In this document: positions 61,938 through 64,000 of the stretch, one piece after another
Layout of the letters: each line of letters opens with the position of its first letter
Numbering within the stretch: the stretch's first letter is position 1
Assembly (NCBI RefSeq): GCF_006345805.1
Contig: NC_043005.1
Span: forward strand, 98,208,001 to 98,272,000
Reading direction: 5' to 3'
Length of the DNA stretch: 64,000 nucleotides
From: Octopus sinensis
Lineage: Eukaryota
Program-made: the position numbers and the translations under genes
The notes under the pieces: model-generated
Database searches by the model: none
The model's input: only the letters and a program-made list of their open reading frames with translations
Told to the model about the DNA's origin: nothing

Positions 61938-62835
61938 TGTTATCATGTACATTGTTTTGTCTTGGTATAAAAGATGGGCTACAGTAAATATTCTGCTCAA
62001 TACCACAGATTTGCTCGTCAGTTGTTTGACCGTAACCAGTTGAGCATGTCCCTTAGTGGCTGACGATATGTGCATCTCTGATCATGTAGTGGGGGAGCAT
62101 CATAGCCATGTGTTGAAAGGAATTCTTTGGGGTTTGAATAATTCAGCTCTGGAAACATGGGTGTTTCGTTCAACATCTTTAAACAACCCTTATTCAGGGA
62201 CCTTTTGAGTGGGATGGGTTACTCAACCAGAAGAAAATTTGGATCTTTTCGGTTTGTAACTAAAAAATTTTAAACTTCGTATACTGGTAGAATGTGTTTA
62301 TAAAACATCTTTTTCTCTTGGCTTTATTGAGAAAATTCTATAGTTTGTGAGATATTTGTTGTTTTTTTTCTTCAATTTCTGCAATTTCAACCTATCAGTG
62401 ATGTCTATTGAGTTAAAAAGCATTCTGTGCCGTGAATATGTCCCTCGTTTAAGAAACAGATTGGGTTTATTTACATTTGTGAAGAAAAAAAGATACCCTT
62501 CCCCCACCCCTAATCCTAACCCTAACTAACTCTAACCTTAAAAGAGATTGAAATGTAATAGATCGATTCTAGGGTCATAATTATGGGTGACAATTTCATA
62601 TGACACTGCTAGAAAAAACTGCCGTTCAAACCGAGAAGATCTGAAAATTCTAATTGGGCCCCACCTGCAAGGTCATGCACTGTTTATCTTGATATGAGAT
62701 CACCATGTCGCGCACATATGGTTGCGATGCATGTGCCTGGTGTACCCTTATCAGACGGGTAGTCATGATGGGTATACTGGGCTTTGTATATTTTACCCCA
62801 GTGTTACTTTGATGGCATACACTACTCTCTCACTC

Positions 62836-62836
<1 letters not shown>
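61938..62836 (+). mobile_element. Family E repeat interrupted by a MITE; (AAT)n tail
   Basis: Collinear with 21755-22212 apart from the 402-bp insert. Confidence 0.8.
62241..62642. mobile_element. MITE with ~19-bp TIRs, 8-bp TSD and internal telomere-like repeats
   Basis: GAAAATTT|GGATCTTTTCGGTTTG ... CAAACCGAGAAGATCT|GAAAATTC; contains CCTAATCCTAACCCTAACTAACTCTAACC. Confidence 0.85.
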
Positions 62837-62867
<31 letters not shown>

Positions 62868-63249
62868 TAATAATAATAATGATAATTATAATTTCTTTTA
62901 TATGCACAAAGCTTGGAATAGAGCTTGTCAATTAGATTGTCCCCAGTACTTGACTGGTACTTATTTTATTAACCCCAAAAGTATGAAAGGCAAAGTTAAC
63001 CTTGGTGGGATTTGAACTCAAAACATAAAGAATCAGAACCACAAGGTATTTTGTTTGATGCTGCAAAATCCTGTCTAATGCTAATGCTATTAACTTGGTG
63101 AGTTTGTCTATCATCAATTATATTGACCCCAGAATTTGACTTGTACTTATTTTATTGGTCTGAGACGGATAAAAGTTGATCTGGGAAGGATCTGAATGAA
63201 GAAAGTAGAACTAACATGTACAAAGGAATTGTAAAGAAATGTGAAATTA

Positions 63250-63705
63250 CACTGGAGAATATTCCAAGGAGGCTTGCTCTCTGTATTACATATTTTGTCA
63301 TTGTGTTAATCACTGACAAACAAACTGAGAAAATCCAGGCCTGCTTGTAAGTAGAAATAAATCATTGACTATAGCTGGTTGACTACAAACAGTATACAAA
63401 AATGAAATAGGCCTAGATTCTCTAATCCAAACAGTAAGAGTATTTAGCAAAAATATTGGTGTAGATTCGAGAGTAAAGAAGCAATAGTAATTATGAGGAG
63501 AGGCCAAAAGATGAATTCTGATTGTAAAATTACCACAAGATGATATCATTAGATCACTGACAAGTAATGGGGATACAGTTATCTAGGGAAGGTTCTGGAG
63601 GATTGGATAAATGAAGGGAAAAAAGGAAAGATAAAGTCTCCTAAGAGTACAAGAGATGAGTTAGGAAGGTGTTGAAAACAAAATTTAATGGAAGGAATAT
63701 TGGTT
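63250..63705 (+). pseudogene. R4/Dong-type RT remnant (domains ~4-7)
   Basis: IFQGGLLS, YKNEIGLDSLIQTVRVFSKNIG, LPQDDIIRSL, YSYLG and VRKVLKTKFNGRNI across frameshifts. Confidence 0.7.
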
Positions 63706-63714
63706 ACTAATTTT

Positions 63715-63900
63715 GGCACAAGGCCAGAAATTTTAGGGATGGGATGAGTCAATTATATTGACCTCAGTAGTCTACTTGTATTTATTTTATCGATCCCCAA
63801 AAAGGACCAAAGACTTCGGTAGAATTTGAACTCTGAACATAAAGATGGATGAAATGCCACTAAGTATTTTGCCTGGCATGCTGAAAGTTCTGCAGATCAC
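63715..63900 (-). mobile_element. SINE family B, degenerate (others at ~62900-63090 and ~63120-63200)
   Basis: Family signature. Confidence 0.7.
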
Positions 63901-64000
63901 AGTCTCAAATGGAAGTTATATTAGCAAAACAATGAATACATGGGTCATGGTAATAAGATACTATGCTCCTTTTCTAAAAAGGACAAAGATAGAGCTACAG

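Noticed and set aside
62505-62540. True telomere or chromosome-fusion scar
   Set aside because: Only about 5 imperfect units, and they lie inside a TIR/TSD-bounded MITE.

Overview
AT-rich, repeat-saturated eukaryotic DNA. The SINE, LINE and microsatellite mix looks like a coleoid cephalopod (Octopus-type) genome; this is inferred from recalled repeat families, not from a database search. No complete cellular gene, rRNA or CRISPR array is visible, and almost all ORFs in the supplied track are microsatellite artefacts. Recognisable content is as follows. (i) At least three tRNA-headed SINE families, plus an (AAT)-tailed repeat. (ii) Decayed LINEs of the RTE, CR1, R4/Dong and HERO types. (iii) A 5'-truncated Penelope-like element (PLE) with RT, Cys-rich linker and GIY-YIG endonuclease, and a minimal hammerhead-ribozyme (HHR) fold in its 3' region. 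(iv) mariner, Tc1, Chapaev3-like and piggyBac remnants, MITEs and two non-autonomous Helitrons. (v) A decayed tRNA-Lys(CTT). (vi) One candidate low-complexity coding exon on the minus strand near 16.6-17.0 kb. The most interesting signal is a set of five PLE-type minimal HHR folds. Two sit in a head-to-head dimer of a tRNA-headed short element (39428-39971) bounded by one 12-bp target-site duplication. This suggests a tRNA-promoter plus ribozyme non-autonomous retroelement mobilised by PLE machinery. All coordinates were read by eye; element ends are approximate unless a TSD or terminal motif is quoted. Family names A, B, C, E and R are my own working labels.
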